Assembly (NCBI GenBank): GCA_964016885.1
Contig: OZ024742.1
Coordinates: 321,222,001-321,286,000, forward strand
Direction: 5' to 3'
DNA: 64,000 nt
DNA from: Eledone cirrhosa
Taxonomy: Eukaryota
Shown here: positions 42,107 to 58,763 of the stretch, one piece after another
Layout: every line of letters starts with the position of its first letter
How positions within the stretch are numbered: position 1 is the first letter of the stretch
The notes under the pieces: generated by a model
Database searches by the model: none
What the model saw: only the letters and a program-made list of their open reading frames with translations
What the model was told of the DNA's origin: nothing
Program-made: the position numbers and the translations under genes

Positions 42107-42515
42107 GGTGGAGTGGATACGCTAGTGAGCCAGAGTGCTAAGGTGAGACGATGATGATGATGGTGACTTCCATGACTATGATCGTAAAGGTAATGGCGAT
42201 AATAATCATTATCAAACAACATCATCATCATCATGACTATAAGGTAACCATTATTCGTTGTTTAGTGATGTGGTAGCCAGGCCAGTGGGTGTATGTTTGC
42301 CTTAGTTACTAATTAATTACTATGACAATCAGTAATCAAGCCAAATAGTAAGACAGGCCTCTGCTAATCCACTCAAACTACAAGACTTCCTGAACATGTT
42401 TCTGACACGTACTGCTTGGCCAAATAGAGGGCGCTCGTCCCCTTTCAATTAATGTTGTCATATATACACACATACATTTATATATATATATGTATGTATA
42501 TATGTATATATATAT

Positions 42516-42584
<69 letters not shown>

Positions 42585-42772
42585 TAAAAGGAAAAGAAAA
42601 TGCTGACAAATAGTTCCCAGTGAAAAATAGTTTAATTAGGAATAAGTAAAAATTAGTAATAGTATTGGTTAGTATTCAGTTTTAGTTTTAAGTTTTTACC
42701 GGTTGCGCATTTCTAATGCTTTTCAAAAATAATTTTGAGATAGAGCGCTCGTGATGTTTGCTCTAATCTAAT

Positions 42773-42817
<45 letters not shown>

Positions 42818-43002
42818 CATAAATTATCGAGATTCGCATTTCGGCCCACGAAATAACGAAAAACAACCTCCGAGATGTGCGGCAAGTGCTCAATGATTCA
42901 GATGAACCAGAACTATAACAAATGTTAAAGGCCAAACACACTGAGACGATGGTTAAACAATCATTCGCATAGCCCAAAACAACGATCAAGTAATTCGGGT
43001 AT

Positions 43003-43056
<54 letters not shown>

Positions 43057-43072
43057 ATATAATATATATAAT

Positions 43073-43276
43073 AACGAAGGAATTGTGGTAAGGAACCAGG
43101 TGGACCATAACGCACCAGAGTACTCAATACTTAGGGTGGTAGAGTGGCAAATAAGAAATTGTTCAAGACCCCGACAGCAGAGCTCAAGCCGTTTCGACGG
43201 CTATTTCTGGACAGTCCAGAAATAGCCGTCGAAACGGATTGAGTTCTGCCGTCGGGATCTTTAACAATTTCCTAAT
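43073..43276 (-). mobile_element. PLE family A short head-to-head insertion
   Basis: Same tail and same arm end (TTCCTA) as the other family A copies. Confidence 0.85.
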
Positions 43277-43385
43277 ATATAATGCATATATATTATACAT
43301 ATATATATATATATATAGTCCAGTTAAGCTTGTTGAATCCCAACAAATTAAATATAACCTCTGCATATATATATATATGTGTATG

Positions 43386-43453
<68 letters not shown>

Positions 43454-43475
43454 TATATGTATATATATATATATG

Positions 43476-43511
<36 letters not shown>

Positions 43512-44134
43512 TGTGTGTATATATATTGGAAAATGTGTGAGATCCTTGGTACAGTTAGGCATATTTGAAAAAAAAGAAAAGAATGACTTCACTTGTAGTG
43601 TTAAAAAATGTTTATGATTTAATGTTATAATATAATATTTTAATATTATGAGTTGGTAGACATATATAAATGTACATACACACACATATGGTACTTTTCG
43701 GCAAACTTTATGCACCCGTTCCTCTTTCCCCTTTAAAAATAGTGCTTCACCATCAAGGACCCTTACGATAATGAATATATACACCACCATGTCAAGAGGA
43801 AATCCTCTCATTCTAGGTAGCGACAGTACTTCAACGTAAGATGCAGTAGCATTGGTGATTGCTCCCAGCACTACACCGTCTGAGTTGACAAAATTTCCGA
43901 AATGGTGGTATTTAATTAGCAAACGCACGTAACCTAGCGGTTTGGCAACTGGAGATTGATAAAGTAAGATCAGAAAAGACTAAGTGCTGGAATTGATATG
44001 GTCGACTAAATATTTTGAAGTTGGTGCCCCAGTATGGCCGCAGTCAAATGTCTGTCTGAAACTAGATAAAAAAAAAATTGGGCTATTTGTCCACCTGTCT
44101 ATCTCACTTTCTGTCACCCCCTTCTCTCTCTTTC

Positions 44135-44231
<97 letters not shown>

Positions 44232-44304
44232 TGTATGTATGTATATATATATATATATGCATATACATATACATATATATATACATACATATGTATATAT
44301 AAAC

Positions 44305-44379
<75 letters not shown>

Positions 44380-44541
44380 TATGTACATATACAAATATAT
44401 ATATATACATATATACATACATATATATATATATATGAATATATATATGTATGTATATATATGTATATATATGTATCTATATATGTATATCTATATATGT
44501 ATCTATATATGTATATGTATATATATATATGTATATCTATA

Positions 44542-44620
<79 letters not shown>

Positions 44621-44625
44621 GTATA

Positions 44626-44697
<72 letters not shown>

Positions 44698-44855
44698 TAT
44701 GTGTATATATATATATGTGTGTGTACATATATATATGTGTATATATATATATATGTGCGTACATATATATATGTGTATATATATATATGTGTGTATATAT
44801 ATATATATGTGTATATATATGTATATATATATATGTGTATATATATATATATGTG

Positions 44856-45267
<412 letters not shown>

Positions 45268-45337
45268 CAAATACATATATATACACATATATATATATAT
45301 ATATAAATATATATATATACACACACATATATATATA

Positions 45338-45371
<34 letters not shown>

Positions 45372-45372
45372 G

Positions 45373-45403
<31 letters not shown>

Positions 45404-45528
45404 AATACATATATATGTGTACATGTATATATGTATGTATACATACATATACAAACATACATACAATCATACGTGTACGATTGTACGTATGTCTGGCTTG
45501 TTTCTTTTTCTCTGTATTTATATGTGTG

Positions 45529-45657
<129 letters not shown>

Positions 45658-45772
45658 ACTACGGTGCAGCGAGCTGAGATAATTGACCAGACCATAAACA
45701 GAAGCGATAGCTGTAAATTGTACTCAATGACACAGAAAAGAGGTGAGGTGAGAGGGTGAGAGTTTGAGTGAA

Positions 45773-45806
<34 letters not shown>

Positions 45807-45817
45807 TCTGTGGTTCA

Positions 45818-45873
<56 letters not shown>

Positions 45874-45897
45874 TGTGTGTGTGTGTGTTAAGCGAAT

Positions 45898-45966
45898 AGA
45901 AGAAGAAGAAGAAGAAGAAGAAGAAGAAGAAGAAGAAGAAGAAGAAGAAGAAGAAGAAGAAGAAGA
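45898..45966. repeat. (GAA)n microsatellite
   Basis: Direct reading. Confidence 0.95.
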
Positions 45967-46170
45967 CTGAGTAGTAATATCAATATTTGTTTTTCGTTGT
46001 TTCGTATTTTCCATGTTGTATTCACGTTACCACGGAGATAAACACTATACCCGAAAGAAGGGTAGTTAACTGCTGTTTCGGCCGTATTAGTTGGGGGTAC
46101 CGAGGTAGGGCTTACTGAGGGATATAACGGTGTTGGGGTGAGGTAAACAGAAGGCAGATATGTTGCTTGC

Positions 46171-46222
46171 TAGATAGATAGATCGATAGATCGATCGATC
46201 GATCGATAGATAGATAGATAGC

Positions 46223-46276
<54 letters not shown>
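46171..46276. repeat. (GATA)n microsatellite at the LINE 3' end
   Basis: Direct reading. Confidence 0.95.
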
Positions 46277-46277
<1 letters not shown>

Positions 46278-49200
46278 TTCTTTATTAGCCACAAGGGCGC
46301 ACAAGAAAAGGGGACAATACAAAGACATGCCGGGGATTTTACATACAGTCGTGTAAAAAAATATAAAAACAAACAATTACAACAATCGAAATCCCCAATA
46401 GGGGGGAGGCGCCACAAATGGGTTGTTTAATACCCCGTCGATAGAACAACCCTCAACTCCGGGAGCGTGTTGTTCAAGTGCTCCTTTCTTTCTTTTGCTC
46501 TCTTCTTCAACCTACAGGCTTATAAACAGAGAAGACGCAATCACTCGGGCCATTTTCGCTTCATTCACCCACCTTTCAGTAAATTTACTGGGGTGCAGAG
46601 CCTCTCTCTCCACTCTGATTCTCCTTCTAAAGTGATACTTAAAGAAGGGAATCAATTGTTGTCCGGAGAGGAAGGCATCTGTCCTCAGTCCTCTCAACCT
46701 CGTCCACCATATAACTTCTTTCACCATAGCCACCGTACAGAGCAAAACCGCATCTCTTTCGTTTTTGAAAGAGGCTGGTAGTTTCATCCTTACTAGTCAA
46801 CTGCGTTTGTCCCATACGCGACAGCATTTGTTCTGCATAGTTCCACAGGTCGGTTACGCTCGAGCAGTCTAAAATTGCGTGCAGACTGTTTCAATGTCCT
46901 GCGCGCATCTTGGACACGTCCTCTTGGAAGGATCCCTGCCGGGCCGTCCGTGCCTGTAGATCTTGTCACGAACCGGTACAGCTCCTCGGTAGCACTGCCA
47001 GGCCAGGGACCTCGGGCGTTGTCCATAAGTCCCGGGCGGAAAGTCCTACCAAACAGACTGGTGAGCTCATCGTCTTCGACGCCTAGAGTCTCTCGGAGCA
47101 CGTCGTCGCCCTTGTAACGTACAATCTCTCTATAGAATGCCAAAGTGTAGTCTCCACTGATTGCTGCGCCCGCTTGCCAGAGGACTGTGAGCGCCTGAGC
47201 GCATTCAATGTGCCAGGCGCACATCGTTTTCGGTCTTTTATAGACCCAGGACTGCAGCTCCGTCAGCGAGACGAGCTGTGGGAAAGCCTCTCTCACAAAC
47301 GGTGCTCACACCGGTTGGGGGTCGGTGAGGAATACCTGGAGATGCCGCAGCCTCAGCGTATGTTTGCGCATCATCAGCCACGGCATTCCCAGCCCTCCGC
47401 TGGAAGGGTGCTGACAGCAGACGGATCTCCTCACCAACGGAGCCTGCTTCTTCCACAGAAACTGGAAGAGCATGCGTTCCATCTTGGCGAGGTATTCACG
47501 GGGATATGGCACGACAGTCGAGCGGTAGTAGAAGACGGACGCTATGAAAGTGTTCGCCACCTCCACACGACCTTTCAAGGACAGTTTGCACTCTGCCCAC
47601 TTCTGGATGAGTGCAAACACCTTGGCCGTGACCTCGTTCCAGTTTTTCTCCACCTGGAGGTCTGGACCGAACCAAACCCCGAGCAATTTCACCGGTCCGT
47701 CCGTCCAGCGTCCAACGACGCTGTCGGACGTCATCGGTTTGCCTCTCCACGTACCGAGTTGCAAACCGACAGACTTGTCAGGGTTTAGTTTTGCTCCCGT
47801 CAGCGTTTCGTATTCTTTCAGTAAGTTGCCGATCACCCCGATTTCCGAGGTGCTCGACACCATTACCGTAACGTCGTCGGCATAAGTCGACGCCGCTTTG
47901 CGCAGTCCCAGTTCTAGAGGGATGCCCTGCAACAGCTCCAATTTCCGCAGTAGTGGCTCTAGAGTCAATACATACAGAATGGAGGAGAGAGGGCACCCCT
48001 GTCGAATGGAACGCGTGATTGCGAACGGCTCCGATAGGTAGCCGTTCACCTTGACCTTCGAGCAGATGCTGGTGTGCATCGCCTCGATCCATCCTCTGAA
48101 CACGGGACCGAAACCGGCCGCCTTGAGAACCGCTTCCAAGTATCGATGGTCGACCCTATCGAATGCCTTAGACTGATCCAAATTGATCAGAGCCCCACCG
48201 AAGCCGTGTTTACTACCCACCCTCTCTATGATGTATCGCATGAGGTGGAGGTTGTCGTGTATCGACCTGGTCGGGATTGCACACGTTTGCGCTTTCCCTA
48301 CCAGGTTCTCAACGACAAGCGCCAACCTCGTCGCTAGCACCTTGGCCAAAATCTTTAACTCTGTGTTGAGCAGAGTTATGGGCCTGAAATTGTTAATTTC
48401 GTCCCCCTTGTTCTCGTCTTTCCTGAACAGCGTTACTACGCCCTTGCCTGCAGAACTCCCGTTGTGCTGCCAATTGCAGTAGATGGCTTCGAGGACGCCA
48501 GAGAACAAGTCCGGCATGCCTATGTAAAACTCGTAGGGTAGACCATCTAGACCGAGGGACTTGCGTTTCCCGCAGCGGCCCAGAGCGTCCCGTATCTCAG
48601 TGTCCGTGATCGGTCTTTCGCAGAACTCGGCGTCCGTGTTCGAGAGGCTCGGCAGGCCGTCGAGGTATGAACTAAAGTCCATTGCCCCGTTCGGCTCACC
48701 GTCGTTCTGTTCAAACAGTTGCGCAGAGTGCCGCTGAAAGGCCGCGCACATTTGCTTTGGGTCAAGTAGCACGCGTCTGTTTTGGTCTTTCAAAGACCGA
48801 ATCGTGGACTTGTCGCCACTTTTTGCCTGCGCCACTCGGGCCCAGCTGACAGCTTTCGCTCCTTCGTTTCCTAGAGCACGTGTTTTGCTTCTGACCACGC
48901 AGCCTTCGTGTTTCGCATCGAAGAACTGGTCCGGTGCCGTTCTCGACGCTAACACTCTAGCCGCGTTGACACTTCTAAGTGCCTCCACTACCTTGGCTAC
49001 TAGTTCTCTTTCTATTCTGTTTTTCTCTAAGGCTAACTTTCTGCTATACCCTATTGATTCTATTCTAATTGCTTTCTTGAGAGAGTACCACCATCTATTG
49101 TTGACGATGGGTTCCGTTAACTGTTGCTTGACTAGTCTACTTATCCGTTCACTGTAAGCTTAACGTGCCGGCAACGACACGTTCAGCTTCCAGTATCCGG

Positions 49201-50590
49201 GTCCCTGTCTATGTATTCTATCACGGTTGACTAAGCAGACGACTAACTTGTGATCTGAATAGGTAACCATGTGCATTCGTGGACAGCTTAACATCTTCTT
49301 GTCCCTTTCTCTAATGAAGAACCTATCTAAATACGATCTAGATGTCCCGCTGCGGTTTGCCCACGTCCACTGTGGTACAGTCGGGAAATCCAGTCGATAC
49401 TTATCGGCCAGTTGGAATTGGCCGATTAAATTTTTTAGGCTGTTGCACCCCCCTCTACTGGGACATGCTCCCACATAGTCCCATCGTGCATCTAGGATAC
49501 CATTCCAGTCCCCCACTAAATGTAAGGGGCGAGACGTTCCCAGAAAAAACTCTAGACGCTTAAAGATGTCTGGCCGTGATTGCGATTTCCCGTACGGGGC
49601 ATAAACGGCCACCAGTCTGAAGGCTCCACCTCCAATACTGTTCATCTCTAGGACTACCAGTCTACCCTCCGATCCAAGTGTACTTGCTGTACTTCGACGT
49701 CCAGGTTCGTCCGAAACATGACAGCCACTCCACCTCCACCTCCTGGCTGACAGAGATATGCGTAGATCTCAAAGTCGTCGAAGATGGGGGCCAGTTGCTG
49801 CCAGTTGTGGATCCTGGACTCGGTGATGGCTATCACATCCATACTGTGTGACCTAAGGTCGTTTAAAAGTTGGCCCTGTTTCCAGGGCATCCCTAGGCCA
49901 CGCACATTCACGGTTCCAACTCGTAAACTAGCCATGTTGGTGAAGAAAAGTTGGAGAAAAAGGACGAAAGGCGCACTTACCTTTTCGTTTCCTGGAGATC
50001 GGGTTGTTCAATCTCCATTTGGGTGCTGGATAGGGTGTTGGGTGGGGTGGGGAAATATTTTAACAGGACGCGGTTGATGGGTTTCTGGCAGGGGTTGCCA
50101 CGTCCTGTGAAAATTTATTTTTTAGGTCACTATAGGTCTCCATAGAAACCCTTATAAATTTAAGGTGTGGAGACGATTCTGCCTTGACGAAAGTTTTGCC
50201 CTCCGTCTCCACCTTGGGGTTTAGGGAGATGACCTCCATCAATCTCTTGTTGTTTGTGTTGATGTATGCGTATTGTTGTTTGTGTTTTTGTTGTGTTGTT
50301 TTAGTTTGTTGTTCATCCGGGAGTTTTCTTTTTATGGTGGGTGCTTGTGTTTGGGGTGGTGTTGGTGTTGGTCTACTCAGCTTCATCAGCTGGCCGTTTC
50401 CTTTCCATTCCATATCAGGAATCGAACCACAGACTACGCAGCACCTCCTGATATACCCCCTGCTGGAGTACCCTGCACAACATTGGACTTGGCAGAGTTT
50501 AATGAGAAAGAACAACAATGTTTTCAGCTGCGACGGAACCACATCTAGCCAAGCTCTGCAACTGACACTCTTGTGGACACAACAATAAGG
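46277..50590 (-). mobile_element. Tx1/L1-clade LINE; near-complete ORF2 broken by stops and frameshifts, possible ORF1 remnant
   Basis: APE motifs (TVNVRGL, AITES, VYAP, VGDWN, SYLDR, YSDH, GPGYWKLN); RT motifs (NFRPITLLN, DQSKAFDRVDH, IRQGCPLS, YADD); GGLGMP; 3' AATAAA then (TCTA)n. Confidence 0.92.
47306..48988 (-). pseudogene. Reverse transcriptase segment of the LINE ORF2
   Basis: 560-aa open stretch with the RT motifs; flanking segments lie in other frames. Confidence 0.9.
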
Positions 50591-51566
50591 GACTATATAT
50601 GGTTCAATGTGTCTTTTATTTTAGATGGCTATAATGTGTGATTTGTGGGAGACTTTACTTTTATGTTTGCTCTTTCTAGCATACCGTGTAGCCAACTAGA
50701 TATTGTAAATTTTGTAGATTTGGTATGTTGGTATATAAATGTGCTGTGTGGAATTATAGGTGCATTAAAATGTTGGTAAATTGGCAGGTTAAAATTACGA
50801 GTACGTTCGTAGGGTAAATTGAAGGTAAAAAGACATACTGATACTATTTCCCGGTCACAACTTCTAGCAGAAGGTTGCAGAATTTGATCTCAGAACGTAC
50901 AAAATCAGATCAGATACCACAAAGACTCTCATCAGAATCTTTTAACAATTCCGCCAGTTACTAACCGATGGACTGATACTTTATTTATCGAGCTTCAAAA
51001 GGAGGAAAGAGAGAGAGAGAGAGAAAGGTCGATCGACTTTCGTCAAATCGGACAGAGGAAACAATGTTTCCGTTGGTCTTTCCAATTGCTAATACTATCT
51101 ATCGGTCGCAACTCCAGGTAGAAGGAGCAACGTGATATAAATTGTCTTGCTCAAGAACATAACGAACTGACAACCTCACGATTGCGAATCCAGTTCTCTA
51201 ACCAATCAGCCACGCGCCTAAATGTAGCGGGATTTCAACTCAGAGGTCAGCAAGCCGGAACAAATACCAAGGTGATGATGATGATGATGATGTTGCTGAT
51301 GTTGTTATTGTTGTGGTTGTTAGTGATCTTGTAATTGTTGTTGCTGTTGATGGTGATGTCGTTGTGATTGCTATTATTGTTGTGGGTGATATAGTTGTCT
51401 TCATTATTGTCAGAGTTTTTGCTGTTCTAGTTGTTGTTTATGTTGATGATATCGTTATTGCGGTGTGTGTGCTTGTGTATGTGTGTTTGTGTGCATGTTT
51501 CATCATGTGAATATTAATGAAGCTGTTATTGTTGTGTGCATGCAAATGCATATGTTTATACACGTC

Positions 51567-51643
<77 letters not shown>

Positions 51644-51686
51644 CTATATATATATATATATATATTTATTTATTTATTTATTTACA

Positions 51687-52461
<775 letters not shown>

Positions 52462-52585
52462 GTGTGTGTGTGTATTCCAATCGGCGAAACTGCAGTCGGG
52501 ACTTTGGAGAAAAAATTAGGTATTTTATTTTCTCTTCACATTTATATATATACGCGTGTGTGAGTATGTAGAATTCGGAGTGCGC

Positions 52586-52669
<84 letters not shown>

Positions 52670-53074
52670 GTGTAAACGTGTATGTATTACTGAGTATCTA
52701 TCAGTAATTCTTGTTTAACAGGTTCACTGCCTTCGTACTAGGAAGACAAAGTAATGAAGCTGGGGGAAGTGTGTGTGCGTATGTAGGTGTATATATATAT
52801 GTGTGTGTGTGGGGGGGGGGGCGTACGCGTGTAGATGTGTATGTATTTGTATGAGAAGAAAGTGGACAGGTTATGTGGTGTCTGGCATGTATGTGTGAGT
52901 AGTGAGTTCTAGGGAATGGGGAATGAGGTTGAACGTCAAAGAAAGTGGTGCAGGCTACAGAGTGATGGTGGGAAACGAGGGAAAGCCTTAGCTAAGTGAA
53001 TTGAAGTAAAATAGGTAAATATATATAATAAAACAGATAAACATGTCTGTCTGTATGTCTGTATACATAAATAT

Positions 53075-53108
<34 letters not shown>

Positions 53109-53176
53109 ATGCCAATTACTACAACGGCACCATACCAGGTACGTATGTTTCGTTAGCCCTGAGGGCCTACTTGTTC

Positions 53177-54068
53177 AACAAGGGCGCACAAGAAAAGGGG
53201 ACAAAGACACATGCCGGGGATTTTACATACAATCGTATAAAAAAATATAAAACAAACAATTATAACAGTCAAAATCCTCAATATGGGGAAGCGCCACAAA
53301 TGGGTTTGTTTAATACCCCGTCGATAGAACAACCCTCAACTCTCCAGAAGCGTGTTGTACAAGTGCTCCTTTCCTCGTTTTGCTCTCATCTTCAACCTAC
53401 AGGTTTATATACAGAGTAGGTCCAATCACTCGGGCCATTTTTGCTACATTCACCCACCTTTCAGTAAATTTACTGGTGTGCAGAGCCTCTCGCTCCACTC
53501 TGATTCTCCTTCTAAAGTGGTACCTAAAGAAGGTAATGAGTTGTTGTCCGGAGAGAAAGGCTTCTGTCCTCAGTCCTCTCAATCTCGTCCACCATATAAT
53601 CTCTTTCACCATAGCCACTATACAGAGGAAAACCGCCTCTCTTTCGTTTTTGAAAGAAGTTCGCGGTTTGATCCTTACTATGGACTCGGCAGTCAACTGG
53701 ATTTGTCCCATACGTGACAGCAGTTTTACAATTGCGTGTACAATTTCGTGCAAGACGGTTTCAATGTCCTGCTCGCATCTTGGACACGTCCTCTTGGAAG
53801 GATCCCTGTCCGTGCCTGTAGATCTTGTCTCAAACTGGTAGAGCTCCTCGGTAGCACTGCCAGGGACCGCTGGAAGTTGTCCATGGGTCCCGGGCGGAAA
53901 GTCCTACCGAACAGACTGGTGAGCTCGTCGTCTTCGACGCCCAGAGTCTCTCCGAGCACGTCGTCGCATTTGTAACGTACTAACCCTCTATAGAATGTCG
54001 AAGTGGAGTCTCCACTGATTGCTGTGACCGCTTGAAAGAGGACTGTGTGCGCCTGAGCGCATTCAATG
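53177..54068 (-). mobile_element. 3' fragment of the Tx1/L1-type LINE
   Basis: Collinear with 46290-47210. Confidence 0.9.
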
Positions 54069-55129
54069 TAGATAGATAGATAGATATTTGCATGCGTATA
54101 TAAATATTTTTGTGTGACCGTGTAATACCTGGAACCTACTTTTATATGTATGCATCCAAGCATCTCACCAGGTCACTTAGTACATAATATGACAACAACG
54201 ACGATCGTGCGCGCGCGTGCGGCACACATTCCTCCTTCAACTTTTAAATTCACTCTCTAACCCTCACCACACCACGTTTCTATCACTTCCACCACCACCA
54301 CCTCTACTACTACTACTACCACTACTACTGTCACTAAAATAGCAACAACAGTAACAATAATAACATTCCAGATTATCATAGAAACTGCAGAAACAGCAAT
54401 AACAATAGCAGCAAGAATAACAACAACAACAACCATAACAGCAACAACGATAATAAATGTAATATCACAAGCCAACAAGAGATGCTTCTATGTGGTTACG
54501 CAACCTTCTAGAAATGACACTGAAAATCTCCTTCGGATCACTGGATTACATTAGATAATGTAGTTCGGGATCCCATACACGTAGAAAATGATGAGATGGC
54601 CACGGTTAGAAAAGCAGAGATTGACACAATTTGATACCTGTATTGTCTCAGGTGAACTCAGAATGTATAGAGCCTAGATAGATACTCTAAAGTATTTAGT
54701 CCAAATCTTTCATTAATTTCGTCTCGGGCATGTACTTTATTTTATAGACCTCGGGAGGATGAAAAGCAATGTTTTTATAACGGTACAATTTGAACTGGAA
54801 CTTAAAGAGCCAGAACAAATATCACGGCTATTTTATCTGACGTTCTAAAACTTCCGCCAATTTACTACACTGGATTAGTACATTATTTAACGACCACAGA
54901 AAGACGAAAGGTAGAGTTGCTTTTAGCGGGATTGAACTTAGCACGTAAAGAGCTGAAACAAATACCTCAAGGCATTTTGTCCGAGGTTCAAACGGTTCTG
55001 CTAACATGTCGTCTGTTTCACAACAGCAACAACAATAACAATAGCAGCTATAATAAATAACATAACAAGAACAACAGTAATAAAGTCTGTGATCACAACA
55101 ACACTAACAACAACTACAACAACTATAAC

Positions 55130-55340
55130 AAGTACCGGTCGCTCTCCGACAGGTTTGCGGTCGTACCCTTGGCCAGTGGAGACTTCTGGAGTCCTCGGCC
55201 CTAGGGCTACCTCCCTACTCGCCACCAAAGGCGCTGAGCTGGCTAGCCGCAGGTGTGAGCCTCGTGTGTTGGAATGGCTCTTCCAGCGTGTCTCCCTTGC
55301 CGTATTCCGGTGAAACGCCTTCTCCATTCTGTCCGCCAGG
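55130..55340 (+). pseudogene. Second CRE-like RLE C-terminal fragment
   Basis: KYRSLSDRFAVVPLA/VETSGVLGPRATSLL...EWLFQRVSLAVFR*NAFSIL. Confidence 0.7.
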
Positions 55341-55560
55341 GCTGTGGGGAGGCCATCAATATGATGACTGACTTGTCATTTTATCAGTCAACATGAACAC
55401 ATAGATATATTTATATACACACACATGTCTCCGTTCGATTCTGAGGTACTTAGCGTGGATTCTTTTCTGCCTTTGTATCACTCACTTTACTACATTATCT
55501 GAAGTGATTACTTCACAATGAAACAGTTTTTCACTATAACAACGATAAATTCAACAGTAG

Positions 55561-55944
55561 TAATAATTGTTTCTACTTTTGGCACAAGGCCAGCAATTAC
55601 CCAGTATATTACTGGTACTTTATTTTATCGACCCTGTAAGGATGAAAGGCAAAGTTAACCTCGGCGGGATTTGAACTCAGACCATAAAGGGCCGTAACTA
55701 TTTGCTGCAAAGCATAGCGTCCAACCCTCTCCTGATACTGCCAATCTACTAGTTTCTGATTTAGGCTCAAGGCCAACAATTTTGGACGAGAGGAAAGTCG
55801 ATTAAATCGACCCCAGTACGTTACTGGTATTTCCCGTAAGGATGAAAGGCAAAGCTAACCTCGGCGGGATTTGATCTCAGAACGTAAAGGGCGGTAACTC
55901 TATGTCGCAAAGCATGTTGTTCGACGCTCTAACGATACTGCCAA
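55561..55944 (-). mobile_element. Two tandem SINEs (55561-55747 and 55752-55944)
   Basis: Family match. Confidence 0.88.
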
Positions 55945-56141
55945 TATAGTAATAATAACTAACATCATAACAACAACAACAACAACAAAATATAAACGAC
56001 ATCAATAAATTCTGCGACCAAAGCAATAATAACCATAGCAATTATAACATTAACAACAATCATATCAATAACAATAATACTGATGGGGAGGGGGAGAATT
56101 GGTAGAGCGACGGGTAAATAGTCTCACATTATTTGTTCTGG

Positions 56142-56540
56142 TGGCGGTGGATTGGTAGTATCGGTAGAGGGTCGGACGCTATGCTTTCCAGCATAAAGTT
56201 ACGGCCCTTTCCGTTCTGAGTTCAAATCACGCCGAGGTTAAATTTGCCTTTCATCCTTACGGAGTCGATAAAATAAAGTACCAGTAATGCACTGGTTAAT
56301 TGCTGGCCTTGTTCAAAAAGTAGAAACAATTATTTGTTCTGATTGTTTACAATCTGAGTTCAAATCCAGCCAAAGTTATCTTTGCTTTTCCTCCTTCCTC
56401 GGTCGATAAAATAACGTACCAGTCATATACTGTGTTTGGTTTAATCAATTTTGCCCTTCACTCCTTAATCCCCCCCACACACACACACACTCACACACAC
56501 ACAAATATTTGCTGGTCTTGTGCCTAAGTTAAAAAACAAT
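56142..56540 (+). mobile_element. Young SINE (56142-56333) inserted in an older copy
   Basis: Family match; ATTATTTGTTCTG occurs on both sides as a likely TSD. Confidence 0.85.
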
Positions 56541-56699
56541 AAATACTACTCCACCAACCACCACAACTATAATAACAACAACAGTACCAATTATTATTAA
56601 TTATAATGAATACTACACCACTAGCCATAACTACAAGAGTAGTATTACAAACAAATACTACAACAACAAGTACAATAATCATAGCCTTAATAACAACTA

Positions 56700-57975
56700 G
56701 AGCAACGAAGACAACAACAACGCTCACAACACGCAACTATAACAACAATAACAACTACTACAACAACAGCTACGGTATAACTATAACAACACCAATAACA
56801 GCCACAACACAACGACAACTATAACAACAACTAAAATATAACCACAACAACAGCAATAACAACAACGATAAAAGTAATAACAACAGCCACAATAACAGCA
56901 ATAACAACAGCCACAACAACAGCAATAACAACAGCTAAAATACAACCACAACAACAGCAATAACAACAGTAATAACAACAGCCACAACAACAACAATAAC
57001 AACAGCCACAACAACAACAATAACAACAACAACAATAACAACAACCACAACAGCAGCAATAACAACAGCCACAACAACAACAATAACAACAACAACAATA
57101 ACAACCACAACAGCAGCAATAACAACAACCACAACAACAACAATAAGAACAACCACAACAACAGCAATAAGAACAACCACAACAGCAGCAATAACAACAA
57201 CCACAACAACAACAATAACAACAACCACAACAACAGCAATAAGAACAACCTCAACAACAGCAATAACAACAACCACAACAACAGCAATAACAACAACCAC
57301 AACAACAACAATAACAACAACCACAACAACAGCAATAACAACAACCACAACAACAGCAATACCAACAACAACAATAACAACAACAGCAATAACAACAACC
57401 ACAACAACAATAACAACAACAACAGCAATAACAACAACCACAACAACAACAATAACAACAACAACAATAACAACAACAGCAATAACAACAACCACAACAA
57501 CAATAACAGCAACAACAACAACAGCAATAACAACAACCACAACAACAGCAATAACAACCACAACAATAGCAATAACAACAACCACAACAACAGCAATAAC
57601 AACAACCACAACAACAACAATAACAACAACAACCACAACAACAGCAATAACAACAACAACAACAACAGCAATAACAACCACAACAACAGCAATAGCAACA
57701 ACCACAACAACAGCAATAACCACAACCACAACAACAGCAATAAGAACAACCACTACAACAGCAATAACAACCACAACAACAGCAATAACAAGTACAACAC
57801 AACCACAACTGCAATAACAACAGCCACAATACAACAACAACCGCAGCCACAACACAATCACAGCAACAGCAATAACAACAACAATCACAACAATTGCAAC
57901 GACCACAGCCATGATAACATGAACGAACAACAACACTATCAATGTCAACAACAACAACAACAACCACAACAACAT
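56700..57975. repeat. (AAC)-derived minisatellite (AACAACCACAACAACAGCAAT-type units)
   Basis: Direct reading. Confidence 0.9.
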
Positions 57976-58297
57976 GCTCTCATAGGTCACTTCAAAACAG
58001 AACTATATAGGTGTCCTTTAAATGTTGGAGTGGGGAGGGCGGTTGGAGGTAAGAGCGGATGTTTTGATGGATATGGTGGATCAAAATGCTACTGCTGCTG
58101 CTGCTGCTGATTATGATGATGATGATGATGATGGTGAAGAAGAGAGGAGGTGGGGGTCAATAAGGACATATGGGGTGGGTGGGGTGTCTGTCGGTTGGGG
58201 TTTCTGGGAAGTTTTCCAGCAATTAAAATAAGTTTTAGGATTTCTATAATATAGACCTATCCTTTTGGGTGAGGATAGAGTGGATGTTGTTGGTAGG

Positions 58298-58398
58298 ATG
58301 GGGTGTATAGGTTGGGGTGTATAGGTTGGGGTGTATTGGTTGGGGTGTATTGGTTGGGGTGTATTGGTTGGGGTGTATTGGTTGAGGTGTATTGTGGG
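58298..58398. repeat. 14-bp minisatellite TTGGGGTGTA(T/TA)GG
   Basis: About 7 copies. Confidence 0.85.
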
Positions 58399-58557
58399 GG
58401 AAATAAGGAGCGAGGGTGTAGGTGCATATCGGTATATTATATATGTATGAATACATGTGAATTTTAAAAAGTTTAGTTATTTACTAAATGTACGCATACG
58501 CACGCGTGCACACATGTAAACACACGCATACATACATACAATACGTTTAAATATAAT

Positions 58558-58634
<77 letters not shown>

Positions 58635-58689
58635 GTATGTATGTATCTATGTAAGTATAAATATATATGCATATATATATATAATATAT

Positions 58690-58757
<68 letters not shown>

Positions 58758-58763
<6 letters not shown>

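Noticed and set aside
43740-43930. Possible APE endonuclease remnant (IMNIY...LILG)
   Set aside because: Only weak motif resemblance
56781-57990. 322-351-aa Leu/Val/Cys-rich ORFs
   Set aside because: Reverse translations of an (AAC)-derived minisatellite
58298-58398. Interstitial telomere
   Set aside because: The unit is a 14-mer, not TTAGGG repeats
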